Source: Basidioascus undulatus (taxonomy: Eukaryota). Taken from it: a DNA stretch of 34,356 nt. The position numbers and the translations under genes were made by a program. Within the stretch, counting starts at the first letter, position 1, and each line of letters begins with the position of its first letter. This document shows positions 11,173 to 26,763 of the stretch, one piece after another. Under the pieces are notes generated by a model, which saw nothing but the letters and a program-made list of their open reading frames with translations, was not told the DNA's origin and searched no databases. The stretch lies in contig JTLS01000078.1 of assembly GCA_000826855.1 (NCBI GenBank), forward strand, positions 1 through 34,356, given 5' to 3'.

Positions 11173-13282
11173 ACGTCGAGCATTTCGTCCTTGAACAGAG
11201 ACCTGATTGATATGCACATCTGCTTTCATCCCGAAGCCGTTCCTCTACCTCCTTCGACTGCGTCTTCATCTCTCGTCTCGATCACCTCCACGCACTCCGC
11301 TCCGACCGCGCTGCAGATCACATCCCCTTCCCGCAACTCTCTGTCGCTCGAGCTCCCGCTCGGTTCTCACCGCCTTATCCGGCTCGCCTCCGACCTCGAA
11401 TTCAGTGACTGGCGGCCGAGCAGCGACCTGGAGGGAAAGTCAGACGTCCACCACGACGGAATCGCAGGCCAAAAGGCTGGGGGCGCACGCAGCTCGGCGG
11501 CACAAATAGACCCTCGGAATCGACATACTTCTTTGCAGTTCGAATGAGTCTTTTTTTCTTCATTGGGCATCCTATCTACTATGTATATACCCGGTTTCCT
11601 TCGCGATACGCTCTGGTGTCCATCCTGAAGTTTTGCAACTGCGACAGCAACATCGCGTTGCTTGCGGATCTTGGCTTCGTTGGCTGGGGCAGTTCCTCTG
11701 AAGCACTTCTTGAATTTTGAACACTCTCATACATGTAAAGTAGGTACAGTGTTTCCGTACGTATCTCACTGGAGGTTCAAGAACGACGGCACAGCGAGAC
11801 CGAGAGAGCGTCTTGTAGCCAGTTTATGTTAGCCAGTCGCAGCACGGAGCAGTTCATCTGCCAAGCAGAGAACCGAAGACACGGGTCGCTATCCTGGAGA
11901 CCCCACACTCATATGTAAGTTATAAGTAACCGGTCAAAGCCGCCAAAGACGCAGACGGCGCGCATCGAACGAGAGCGTCTGTGGCTGCCTGCGAGTTGGC
12001 TAAGCCGCTTTCGGGAACACGGAGTGAGAAGTACCGCATGAGGTTCTGGTGGGTGTCGGTCATCTCTTGGGTTCATTCTGATGGCAGCGACGCGATGAAG
12101 GCGTCAAGACAATTCGGGCAGCACTGGATACGGGGTGTGACAAAGCGCTCTCAAATGTTATCTTTCAGAAGTCTGGATCATTTGTGTGTGTGTATGTGCC
12201 TGTGCGCGCATCACAGTCACTTCCTTATCTTGAGATCAGGCACAGATATTCCCCAAGAGCACGCCCGTACGCCATCCAGAGCATCCGTACACTCCTCTTT
12301 GAACGTCGGGACTGCCAAACCAACTATCCAGTCTATTGGGCTATTGCGATGCAAACAGCAAAAAATAAATGACTGGCCATAGGATGCGTTCCGGACCCAT
12401 GGGGCTAGGTACGCCCAACACCCCAAAAACTCGCGGACTGACACCCTTGCTGGAAGCTCGGACAAACGACGACACCGCCACATCAAGGAGCAGCTGTCTC
12501 CATGCTGGGTAGAGGAGTATGCCATGGGTTTGTCTGCTTTGGATTTGAGTCCCACAATTTGAGTCTCACCAACGACGAGGTCGAGCTGTATGGGTGGCAG
12601 GAAATAAAGCGGGCAGGGCGGCTGCATGAGGCCATCTACGAAGGCAAGGCACAAGGCATGACCCCATTCGGTGGCCAATCTGCACTTCAGCCCCAATCCA
12701 TTTACCGGAACTTGTACAAAAGAGGTGTTCAGTTTTTTTCCGTCTCTGAATCAGCGCTTCCAAACGCTTGGACCCTCGGTGAGATTCTGTCGAGCGCGCG
12801 CGAGCCCCGCCGGTGCCTCAAGTCATCGTGCACGACCCCCCGTAAATATTCTTGTTGAATGCCGAAAGCAGGTGGAGATTCTCGAATATTCTTGAGTAAC
12901 CGACGACTGTGCATTCCAATTCCAAAGCAGAGCGAAGCGGGCTGGTCGAATGAACCGCATATCTGGAGAACTGAAGCTCGTCCGAAGCGGCACAGGACCA
13001 TGTCATTCACACGATATGCGGGTGTTCAAATCTATAACACATCTCTAAGGAATGTATTTACAGCTACAAACTCGATCAAGCTAATTTTCAAGCCAAGTTG
13101 TGTGCCGATGCCTCAAAAATGAGCTTCTGGTTTGCCTCGTGAACTGGTGGGCCTAGACACTGAAACCGAGTTTTTCAGAATGCATAGCCCCCGAAATGGT
13201 GGTTCCCTGCAAAGGTGACCACTGTCAACTAGAGGTTTGAAGGTGCTGTCGAAAAACGGTATCTGCACTGAAATTAACAGTT

Positions 13283-13376
13283 CTCTCCTTAGCTCAGTTG
13301 GAAGAGCGCGAGACTGTAATGTTCAGCTGATCTTCAGATCATCTTGAGGTCCCTGGTTCGATCCCGGGAGGGGAGA
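13283..13376 (+). tRNA. tRNA-Tyr (GTA) with a 21-nt intron (13320-13340)
   Basis: Acceptor stem CTCTCCT/AGGGGAG plus discriminator A; D arm GCTCAGTTGGAAGAGC; anticodon arm CGAGA-CTGTAA[intron]A-TCTTG with GTA at 13316-13318; T arm CCTGG-TTCGATC-CCGGG. The intron is at the canonical 37/38 position. Confidence 0.97.
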
Positions 13377-13378
13377 CA

Positions 13379-13385
13379 TTTTTTT
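13379..13385 (+). terminator. RNA polymerase III terminator (T run) of tRNA-Tyr
   Basis: Run of 7 T starting 3 nt after the discriminator base. Confidence 0.85.
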
Positions 13386-13776
13386 CTCTGTTTGCTGTAG
13401 CTCCTTATGCCCCAGGCTGGCGGGTCAGTCTAGGAAAGACGTTCCTGGTCTGCGCTTCTTCTGTGGCCCACCACAATATGATCTTAATGTGGTACCCGCA
13501 GCGCGTACAGCTGCGCCAGTGCTGAAAGCTCGTTTGTGGAAACACGCAGATCTCAAGTGCAGCTAGTCAGCGGAATGACAGAAGTAATGCCCAGCAGCTC
13601 AAGAGAAACTGACAACACCGACTTTCAGTGCGTACACCGCCACCTTTAATAAATCGCTCAACCTTCCCCGTGCAAAGACGCCCATGCACCCCTCAGCGCA
13701 CACGTCTCGCAAAGCTCAAATTGCAATCGTGTACATCTTCCTCCCTTTCAATCCTCCCCCTCCCCCCACACACACA

Positions 13777-15216
13777 TCATGCGCCCGTCGCCCCCGCGCC
13801 CGACTCGAGCATGCCCCCCTGCGCAGCAAGCGTGGCCGCGAGCCTACCGCGCTTGCGCTCCGCCTCAGCCTCCTTCTCCTTCTCCACCTCCACAACGATT
13901 TCGGAGATCTCATCCAGGGAAAGATTCTACCCCAATCCCACCAAAGCCACATCAGCTTCATCCCCGGCGAGGGGGGGGAAAAGAGGGAGGAGGAAGACGA
14001 AACAAACCTTGACCTCCCCGTCCTTGCGCATGACGCTGATCTCGATGTTCTTCGCGCCCGTTTGGACGACCTCGAGCAGGCTCTTGATCGTCAACTTCAC
14101 CGCGCCCGCCTCGTCGAGGTCGTCCGCGTAGTTCTTCTCCAGGAACTCGCGCACCGTCTTGGAAGAGCGGCCGATCGAGTTGGCCTGTCGGCGCCGAGTC
14201 GGGGCACGCATGTCAGCTACTACTAGAACAGAGGCAGGAGAAAAGTGGGAGGGCCCAAGAAGGGGAGGGGAGGACAAGACACCCACCTTCCATGCGGTGT
14301 AGATTCCCGACGGTTCGGTCATGTACAGGCGGGGAATGGCGTCGTGGGGGTCGAAGCCGATGATGAGAGTGGAGACGCCGAAGGGACGGACACCGCCGGA
14401 TTGGGTGTAGCGCTGTGAGGGGGCGAAGCAGCGTCAGCACAGCGATCAAGAGGAACGTTCGAGTGTCCCATGCAATCGTGCCGCCTCCTTTCTCGACCTA
14501 CACAAGCCGCACCCGACGCCCACCGCCCCACCTCCTGGTACTCCGAATAGCAAACTCACCTGCTGGATGCCCGCAATGTGCCGCGTAATGTATTCCACCG
14601 AGACCGGGTCCTCCACCGTCAGCCGATGGCTTTGGCACTCGATCCGCGCCTTGTCGATCAGCACCCGCCCGTCCGCCGTTAACCCTGCCACCGTCCAGCA
14701 CACCCAGCATCAGTCTCCCCGGCCGCGTTCTTCTCCCCCGCCCCTGCGAGAGCGGCTCACTCACCAGCAAACGCCAAGCAGACGTGGTCGTCGAGCATGA
14801 CGACCTTGCGGACCGTCCGGGGGTCTTGCAGCTGCAGGACCGACTTCTTCTCGACGCCGAGAATGACGGTGTCCTTCCCGCGCACGCCGACCTGTACACG
14901 GGCAAGAGTCAAGGGAAGGGAAGGGGGAGATGAGCGATCGGACGAGCTGGGAAGGGGCAGCGGGAAGACGCACAGCACAGGTTCCCTTCCGGACGGCTTC
15001 CAACGCGTACTCGACCTGGACGAGGGGGCCTGAGCACCGGTGAGGCTAGAACTGTTGTAAGCTGGAACGCACCTGGAACAAGTGTCCATCAGGCGAGAAG
15101 ACGGTGAGCGCTGTGAAGTGACGAAATCAAGGGCGGCGCGCATCAGCCTCGCGCGGGTTCAGCCTCCCCAGGCGTCTCGAGAGCAGCGGCGTACCGCGGT
15201 CGTATGATCGAGACAT
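13777..15216 (-). CDS. PRE6: 20S proteasome subunit alpha4 (PRE6/PSMA7), multi-exon
   Basis: Spliced: [41 protein letters not shown]...[67 protein letters not shown]...[21 protein letters not shown]...[19 protein letters not shown] at 15216, stop at 13777-13779. Confidence 0.96.
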
Positions 15217-15705
15217 TTGTAAGCAAAGTAGAGGGTGTACGAGTGAATGGAGAGAGTAACTGTGCGGTCGCGAGTGTACAAGGTGGTTGCGAGTCGACGT
15301 CTTCAGGAAGGTGACGACGCGCGGCGTGCGCGACCCATAGTGGCTGCAGTCAATGAACACTCAGCTCCGATGTCTATCACCGCGCCCTCAAACGCCAAAC
15401 ATTTTGAAAACCTGTTTCATTCCGCACACGGACGACTCCTTTGATGTAGAAGGTTCACTTCTCTCAGAAGCCCGACATGGACTGGAGATTGCAGTGCTGA
15501 ACGAGGCACGCTGGCAGGTCGTACGCGGCTCACATGTCTCCCTGCCGACTTCCCAGACCCTCACAATACCTACCATAGCAAAGAAATAGTGGACGACCAT
15601 CTCTGGCATCATTTGCAAATGGTATATACAGCGGAGGCTACTATAAGTGTCACATCAACCCAAACAGCGGCAGTAGCGACCGGACGGCGAGTGCTAACAA
15701 CAAAT

Positions 15706-18834
<3,129 letters not shown>

Positions 18835-19444
18835 GGTGCGATAGGATAGCGGACAAGAGAAGACCGCCGCCGCGGCGCGTGGAAAATGAGATGCCCCTGC
18901 ACTACCGCGGAAGCCCGGGGATCCTCCAAACTCGAGTTTCGAGTCGCAGCGTCGTACCGACTGCCCAAAGCTTTTCTGAAACAACTTCAAGGCAAAGCGA
19001 AAAGTTGGCATGCAAGGAAGAACCAGCCAGCAGTTAAAACCCGAAAAAGTCGAAGAAAGGGTGAGTGTGAAGAGTGAAAAGCATGAAAAGAAGAAGGAAC
19101 GGCTGCCGCACCTTCCTCAAGTACTCATTTAGTCTTACTAGATCTTACGGATGACAGCGACAGAGCTGCCGGCCTGACAGAACACCTGGTGGTACGCCAA
19201 ATTGAAATTTCCGTTGCCGAAAACAAGCATACAAAACTTCAGAACAGCTGCGGCCCACCGGAGCGTGTTAGCCGACCTCGGCTACGGATGTCGGAACGAG
19301 CGTCAGCTTCAGCGTCTTAATCGCGGCGACGTTTGCTCGTGCCCGCAGCGACCACGGTTGGAGACTCGATCTCCTTTCCTTCAACTTTCATCTCCCCCAG
19401 ACAATCCGCATCTCACCGGTGCTCTACATTGCTCGTTCCTCACC
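18835..19444. promoter_or_regulatory. Short divergent intergenic region (candidate bidirectional promoter)
   Basis: 610 nt separate the SPE3-LYS9 start (18834, -) from the aminotransferase ATG (19445, +). Inferred from geometry only; no specific sites recognised. Confidence 0.45.
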
Positions 19445-21869
19445 ATGGCTCCCGTCCGTGCCGACAACACCGTCCCCAACGCCAAAGCGCAGCAGGCAGC
19501 TGCAGCCGCTTCGAAGCCGCCCAGTGCAGTCTTCTACCGCAAGTGGGTCGTTGAAACACTATCAGTCCCCAATCATTCGTACTCAGCTTTCTTGCAGCTT
19601 CAAGTCCGAGCCTCCGATCGCGGTGGGCGGCAAAGGCATCGAGATCACGCTCGCGGACGGTCGGACTGTTATCGACGCTATCGGTGCGTTTCAGCTCCAG
19701 CTCTCGGTCTGCCACCTTCTTGAGGTTGCGGTACCTCACCGATATTCAGAACAAAGGTGGAGCGGCAGTAGCATGCATTGGGAATGGGTCAGCCCACTAG
19801 CTGCTTGCGCAAGCTTTCCGGTAACCCAGTCAGCTGAAATCGGCTCACTCACACCGGTAGACATCCGAAGGTCATTCAGGCTATCAAGGACCAAGCGGAC
19901 AAGCTTTCCTATGTGTATAATGCGGTGTTCACCAGTAGTTCTATCTCCGTACCTAGCTCACGGTATGAAGTGGATATGCTGACATCGTTGCCCATCTCAG
20001 CTGAACCGGCAGAGCAGCTCGCCCAGCTCCTCGTTGACCGCAGCGAGAACGCCTTCGATCTCGTCGGGTTCTTTAGCGGAGGTGTGTGGCTCGTCTACGC
20101 ACAACAAACCCGAGCGCCGCTGACGACCGCTGATTGTTGGTTCACAGGTACAGAGGCAGTCGAGAGCGCACTGAAGTGCGTTACTACTGCGAGCGTTCTC
20201 TCGCAAAATCCTGACATAGTACTGACGATGCAACTGTCCCACTAGGCTCGCTCGTCAGTACTACTGGGAGATCGGCCAAAAGCAGCGAGTCAACTTTATC
20301 GGGCGCCGACTTGCGTACCATGGGAACTGTACGTCTGGACGCTTGCCTGTTCCAAATTTCTGTCGTTCGATGTTCACCGGGCATCGCTCGGAATACAGCT
20401 CTAGGCACACTCTCCATCGCCCAACACCCTACCCGGCGCGTGCCTTAGTGCGTCTTCGCTATGCCAAGCAGCGGTAGCTACGCTGACGGCGACAGCGACA
20501 GCGAGGGTGTGATCACGTCGACGAACTTCCACCACGTCTCGCCAGCGTTTCCGCACCATTTTCAGAGCCCCGACGAGAGTCAAGAGCATTACGTCCAGCG
20601 CCTTGCCAAAGAGCTGAACGACAAGTTCAACGAGCTCGGGCCGGAGACGGTGGTGGGGTTCATTGCGGAGACGTACGTCCTCGTGGTGTTTTCGAGTGGA
20701 ACTTAATTTGACGGGGCCATGTGGATTGTTGAAAGGGTTGTGGGCGCTACGACGGGGGCAGTCCTCCCGCCCAAGGGGTACTTCCCAGCAATGAAAGCTG
20801 TCTGTGAGAAGCATGGGGCACTGTTCGTACGTGTCTCAGGGCATTCTGTTTCGTAAGCTGTTCGCTGAGCTGGAACAAGCAATACAGATTCTTGATGAAG
20901 TCATGTGCGGTGTCGGACGCACGGGTAGGATCTTCTCGAAGCTGAACAGGATGTCTGTGTGTCGCTGAGATCTTATCGCTGTTGCAGGCACATTCCATGC
21001 CTGGCAAGGCGTAGGCGACGGCGCTGCCCCGGACATCCAGGCGAGTGTACCTACGGCAATCCCCGGAGAAGAGAATCTTTCTAAATAGCCATTGTTGGAA
21101 AGGCTATCGCCAAGGGCCTCGGGGGCGGATACCAACCCATCGGCGCCTGCTTGGTCGCTCCACGCGTCTCCCGTGCTGTGCGCGACGGCTCAGGCGTGCT
21201 TTTCCACGGTCACACTGTACGTTACCTTCAAAAACACATTGTTTCCCCAAGTCCAGTGCTTATAGAAGTGGATGTTTTCAGTACCAGTACGTGCACGTCT
21301 CCCAGGCTGGTGCAAGTGACACGCTGACTGTATCACCCGGCAGGTGCCACCCCATTGCATGTGCCGCAGCTCTGGCGGTGCAACAGGTTCTCATCGACGA
21401 GAACCTGGTCGAGCGGGCCCAAATGGTTGGCAGCTACCTCGGTGAACGTCTGAAAGCCCGCGTGCTAGGCCCCGAAGCGCCAGCGGAGCTAAGGGCCATC
21501 GTCTCGGATGTTCGCGGGGCCGGCTGCCTCTGTGAGTCCACTTCCATTCTGACAGGGTCTCTAGCATCGCTGAACGTGTTAAATTACATGATACAACTTA
21601 CAGGGGCAGTCGAGTTCAACCTTCCCGGGAGCGAATCTATGCGCCCGCGTTTTGCTGACCGTCTCGTCGCGACTGGGCTCGAGAGGCACCGCCTCTCCGT
21701 CATGGGCTTCCCAGGGACGCTCGACGGGATTCACGGCGACCATGTCGTCGTTGCTCCCGCTTACATTGTCTCTAAGGAGCAGGTCGAGGAGATCGTGGAT
21801 CGCTTCGTTAAGAGCTCGCTGGATGTGCTCGAGGAGATGAGGGGGGAGGGATGGAAGGCCAGCTCCTGA
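19445..21869 (+). CDS. Class III PLP-dependent aminotransferase (omega-amine/YodT-like), intact, about 16 introns
   Basis: Spliced: GRTVIDAIGGAAVACIGNGHPKV, SGGTEAVESALKLARQY, RRLAYHGNSLGTL, FIAETVVGATTG, LFILDEVMCGVGRTG, PDIQAIAKGLGGGYQPIG (PLP lysine), HGHTYQCHPIACAAALAV, DVRGAGCLWAVEF, DHVVVAPAY. All junctions close in frame; stop TGA 21867-21869. Confidence 0.92.
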
Positions 21870-22259
21870 ACGGGTATAGCTCGAGGACTCAGATGTGCGA
21901 GTACTTGAAAGGCTGGCGTAGATTGGAGAATCAATACCGTCAGTCCTGTCTTCGGAAAATTTGACTTGACAAGCTCGAATGCAAGGTTATCCCTCACGAC
22001 ACCGCTTCCGGAGCGCATGATCCGGAATCGCGGTATCCAAATAAAACGGACAAGATGAATGCACAGCCCAGACCACATGTTGAAAATGTCCCTGGCGCCG
22101 CCGCCGCAGTTTCAAGCGATTGAATGGCAGAAGTCCAGCTGGAATGTACGCCATCAGTAAGTCACATCGACTACACGTCCTAGACTTTAAAGCTGATTGA
22201 CTCTGGCGTTATGAACGCAGTCAGTATGTGAGTTCGTAGTTGAGCCCTTCCACTCTCTT

Positions 22260-24218
22260 CTCTGACTTCTTGTGCCAGTCCCTATCTGCTCGGTCCCGTT
22301 CATCGTGAGTGGCCAGGTTTCCCTTTGCCAGAGCTGAGATGTTGAAGCCACTTGTTGGGGTACAGACATTACTCGCAACCTTCCAGCTTCGGGCCCGCCG
22401 CCAGAGCGAACTGGACTGCGCAGCGTCCACGCACTCAAGTCTCACGACGAGCTTGACGGACTCAAAGACCAAGTCGAGGTCTACCTGGAACGACGTCCTC
22501 ATCCAAGAACTGGACATTCCAGGCGTAATCCTTCTCGGTGCGGGGCTTGCACATTTCCTCGTCCCGCTTACCATCGCCAAGGTGAGGCGCTCCAAACTCT
22601 GTTGGACCCTCTGTGGCCGATGATCTCAGAATGCTTGTGTGTTACAGGGAGTTGCTGCAAAAGCGAAGTCCCCCGAGATAGTTGGTATGCTTGTTGCGGG
22701 CTTCGTGCTCCTCATTCTGTTCGGCCTCTGGGACTGCCTCCCCGATCAGTTCCGCCCAGCCGGGCTCAAGACGCCGAAGTTTCCCGTGGTCCCGTTGAGA
22801 ATGCTTAGGGATCGCACGGTCATGTAAGCCCAGTCCAACCTTTCTTGTTGTCTTTTTTTGCTGGGGGGCGCGCTAATTCGACATGTGCAGTGCCGTCTGT
22901 GCGCTGAACTTCAGCGATGTACGCGTTGGCTGTCATTTTGTCTGCTTTTACAGCCTGAACAAGCTCATTTGACCGTTCGAACTGACGAGCTGAAACTCAT
23001 TTTCTTTAGTTCCTTGCCTACGCTGTCCGTATATTTCGTTTCTTTTTGCCATCCCACCACCCACTGACATGTCGCCCGAACCCAACATCCATGTATTCTC
23101 CGTCATGTTCCCCTCCTATCTCCCCGTCGCCGCCTATCAGAACGCGGCGAGCGCAAGCCGGATTTAAAACACGCTGCGCATCGTCTTTGAAGTGTGTGCT
23201 ATCCTCACCGGACTGCTCATGCGCTTTTACCGGCCTATCCGCCGGTTCTTACGGCTCGCGGACGAAAGGCTGCAACCCAACCGCCTGGTGGGTGATCTAC
23301 ATTGCTTTCCTCCTTGTTGCCCTACCTAAACTTTCGATAAGTCTCCATATAATACAAATTGACGCCCACAGCATCTGGGCGGGCGTTCCGCTCTGTGTGC
23401 TCGGAAACGGCTTGATGATCAACTTCGTTTTACACCCCGGTCGAGCTGGTCCGTCGCGTCCTTTGTGATCAACAAAGCCCTGTGGGGGATCGGAAGAGCA
23501 CTTTACCAGGTGCGCTCAGTTTGAGCTGATCCTGAGATAGATACTGACAGCGTTGCGGCGGTTGCGGATGTACACACGTCGGCGCAGGTCTCGATGCAAG
23601 CTGCTGCGAAACGCGGAGAGCTTGCGGTCGCTAACGGCGTTTTTTATGCGGCACGTTGTCTCTCCTTTTTCTTTAAGATGTAAATCTAATCCCCACGATT
23701 GTCTTTAGTACCACTTTCAGTCCATGAGCGTAGGCAGCACGATCGGCACCGCCCTGTGAGTTGTCTCTCTTCCGCTCATTCATCAGAAGTTCCCTCCTCT
23801 CGCTTCCTCATCGTTCAAACTTTCCACTCAGCTCAGGCGCGGTCTGGAACAACGTCCTCCCCGAGAAGCTCGCGGAACACCTGCCCACCTCGGCGCAAAG
23901 GCATCGTCCCCGTGTTCAGCAGCATCAGCGTCGCTCGCAGCTACGCCCAGAGCTCCGTCGAGCGGGCCGCAATCGACAGTGATTACTGCGACACGATGCG
24001 GAGTACGTAGATATCACTTTTTTTGTCTGGTTTGGGACGTGCTGACTTGTGCCCGGAGCGGCTGCAGTTCTCGCTATCGTTGCAACTTGCGTAATGATCC
24101 CGATGCTCGTAGCGATGCTTTTGCCCAGGATACCAGCCTCGAAGAGGGGGAGGAAGAGGAATTAGCGGAAGAGGACATGAAAGGTGGTGCTGGCCCGAGG
24201 AAGGCGGACGAGCTATAG
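22260..24218 (+). pseudogene. MFS siderophore-iron transporter (ARN/SIT/MirB-like), C-terminal half, several frameshifts
   Basis: Fragments: ELDIPGVILLGAGLAHFLVPLT, IVGMLVAGFVLLILFGLWD, PVVPLRMLRDRTV, WAGVPLCVLGNGLMI, AQVSMQAAAKRGELAVANG, SVGSTIGTA, GAVWNNVLPEKLAEHLP, ERAAI..Y..TMR. Frame breaks near 23450, 23899 and 24120 have no room for introns. No N-terminal TM half is recognisable, and the start coordinate is approximate. Confidence 0.8.
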
Positions 24219-25227
24219 ACTACGGCGTACATTTTCACTTTACGGTCCCCCTACCCTACATAGCCTTCTTTCGAGTTGCCCTTGTACGCTCCACTCCGAT
24301 GGCAATGCCTGCGTCGACTCAAGGTGTGTTTGGAAATATACCTCTACAAGGTAGTTGCAAGCCCAGTATGGGTTCATCAGCATGGGGCTGTAAGGCCTTT
24401 CAGGAAGCGCACGGGAAGACCTCTTCCAACTGTGAAAGCGCTTTGCGTCTTCAGTGTGGCTGACAGTACGTGAATTAAACCAATGGATCCCAAGATCATA
24501 TTACTTTTCGTACACCTGTGTCGTAAAGGAAAAGTGTGTTGCTACGGAGCCTATCGGCATGAACAGTCTTTCAACTCGCCACCTTTGGACAGACAAAACA
24601 GCAGCTGAAGAATGACCGGACACCTACTGATTGCTGGTAGCACACTCTGATCTGTCAGAACATTGCGCTATTGTCTCTCTACCTACGCCATTATGGAGAC
24701 GAGCGGCCCCCAGCAGCTCCAACTTTCCTGTACTGGCTTCAAAACTGCGAGCTACTTTCATCTGCACACCCAGCCTGCGGAGGTATAGCTATTGGATATC
24801 CTGAGCCTCTCTCAAAGTTTCCAACCCCTCTTCAGCTCAGTCAGCCGCCAACTCCCTCTATCTGATCCTCCACCGCTCCTCCTTGGTCTTCCCTCCCGTC
24901 GCCGGGTGCTGAGAAAGACGGGCCATCCGACGGGGGAATCTCCCCAGGCACCGCTAGGCGCCATGATCGGCTGGATTGCCATCGTGCGCGATGGGGAGGT
25001 GCTTGATGCAGGAGAAGAGGCAAGCAATCAGCGATGATTTCCAACGCAGACTGCGGCAAGCCACTGCTGGGCATGAACGTTGCTGTTTGCTGAGCATATT
25101 CTTATAAGGCTGGGAATGGCGATCTGAGAAAGATGTTGCCAAGCATGTTTCCAGAGATACGTGTGTCAAAGGTGTTGTTTGGGAGGTATAGCAAGCGTTC
25201 AAGAATGCAAACAGGCGACGTTGTCCT

Positions 25228-25251
25228 CGACTGCGACTGCGACTGCGAGTG
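25228..25251 (+). repeat. Short hexamer microsatellite (CGACTG)3 + CGAGTG
   Basis: cgactgcgactgcgactgcgagtg read directly. Confidence 0.7.
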
Positions 25252-26763
25252 CGTTGAACGATCCGCGTCACGTGCGGTTGAGGTTCGTCCACATTGACTT
25301 CGAAGTTGGTTCCGTCCATGTTTCTGCATTTGTCGACGGCCATCCTCTGTCGGGTCCGCCGGCATAGCGTACGGAGGGCGGTATACAGAACGACAGTCTA
25401 CCGCTGAAGAGCGAGTTCTGGAACCCAGAGGGGTGAAAAGGAAGACCTGCAAAATTATCGACGCCATTTCGCGTCGGAGAGCGACAGTGGGCAGGTATAA
25501 TTGGTTGCCGATAACAACTGAACCGACACGTGAGGGAACCGTGGGGTTTGCCGTTTCTCCGAACCGAGCGTCCGCGGTGATGTTTTAAGTTGATAAGGAC
25601 TTGCAAAGCGATATCAGCACAACGACCACTTTGCAACCATCGGACGGCCGGAATGTACAAGAATACATGAACAATTTTCACCTGCACCGTTGTGCAGCAT
25701 TGGCGGCCGACTGTTTGCAGACGTGCGAACAGCTCGGTGGTGCGCCATCACAAGAAGTGAGAAAGCTGAGAACAGGTGGGCTGACAGTCCCCCTGAGATG
25801 AAGCACCGCTGTAAGATCTACCACTGTACAATTGCATTTCTGATAGTCTCTTGCTCCTAACACTGTCGATCAGCGTGACTTGAAGAGACCGGGCGCTGGG
25901 ATCAGTTCGCGACGAGGCGCCGCGTGGCGTTCATCTGGTGTGCTCTGAGCGTCACTGGCTTGTCGCCTATCGGCTGTGTGAACGTTCTTGGGTGGTTGTG
26001 AGCGTCCGCAGGCGTCCAAGCGTCTGAACAAACTCGTGCGGGCATCGACTGTTCATCCTCGTCAAAAAGAGCTGGGCAAGAAATGGGCGGGGGCAGTCCA
26101 ATGCCGGCGGGGGGAGTTCAACATTTTATCGTGCGACAGCGCTGTCCGGGGTACCTGCAAATACATTTATCAGAGTGCCAGTACACCGCCACGCGACTTT
26201 GACGGGCCTAAAAGTCTAGGGCCAACAAAGTATGATTGTTTAAATTCATATTGAAAGTAGGTAGCCGGGCCAAGGGTAACGAGCGGCATGTGCAGTTGGC
26301 CCGCGCCGCGCGAAGGTGCGACTTGTCGCTGCCGCCAACTCGCCTGGCTCTTGCTTTGCTCTTGCCCCGTTGTCGTCGCTCACGCCTCGTCTGGTCCCGC
26401 CCGCCCTCCGATCTGCCTTGCCTTGCCTTCTCTCCTCGCGCCGCCCACCCCCAGCGAACCCCCCGCGCACCCCATCTCGAACCTCTTCCTCCCCACCGCG
26501 CACACAGGCCAGCCCACGCGTCACCACCGCTACATCCATCTCACCCCCACGCCACGCGCCGCCCGCAGACGCCCGTCAGTGCCCGGGGGAGCGTCTCCTG
26601 AACGACGCCCGCCATCCTCTACGCCGTGGATCCCGCACAGCCAGCGACCACGACGAGGCCGACGAAGCGCGCCAGGACGGTATCGCCCATCCCCGACCCC
26701 GACTCGCCCACCGCTCCCCCCGTAGCAGCCAGCGCGAGCAGCAGCAGCAGCAGCAACGGTAGC

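Noticed and set aside
11981..13200. Several 60-160 aa ORFs upstream of the tRNA, possible mobile element
   Set aside because: No RT, integrase or transposase motifs, and no LTRs, TIRs or target-site duplications seen.
15217..15700. Rpn4/PACE element (GGTGGCAAA) upstream of PRE6
   Set aside because: No exact match was seen on either strand.
20446..20448. Apparent in-frame TAG at a conserved Tyr of the aminotransferase (pseudogene, or readthrough by the nearby tRNA-Tyr)
   Set aside because: The G is the first base of a canonical GTGCGT...CTGAC...CAG intron; splicing restores TAC.
24276..26250. Short ORFs between the transporter relic and the kinase
   Set aside because: No domain similarity that I recognise, and the frames are inconsistent; treated as intergenic or decayed sequence.
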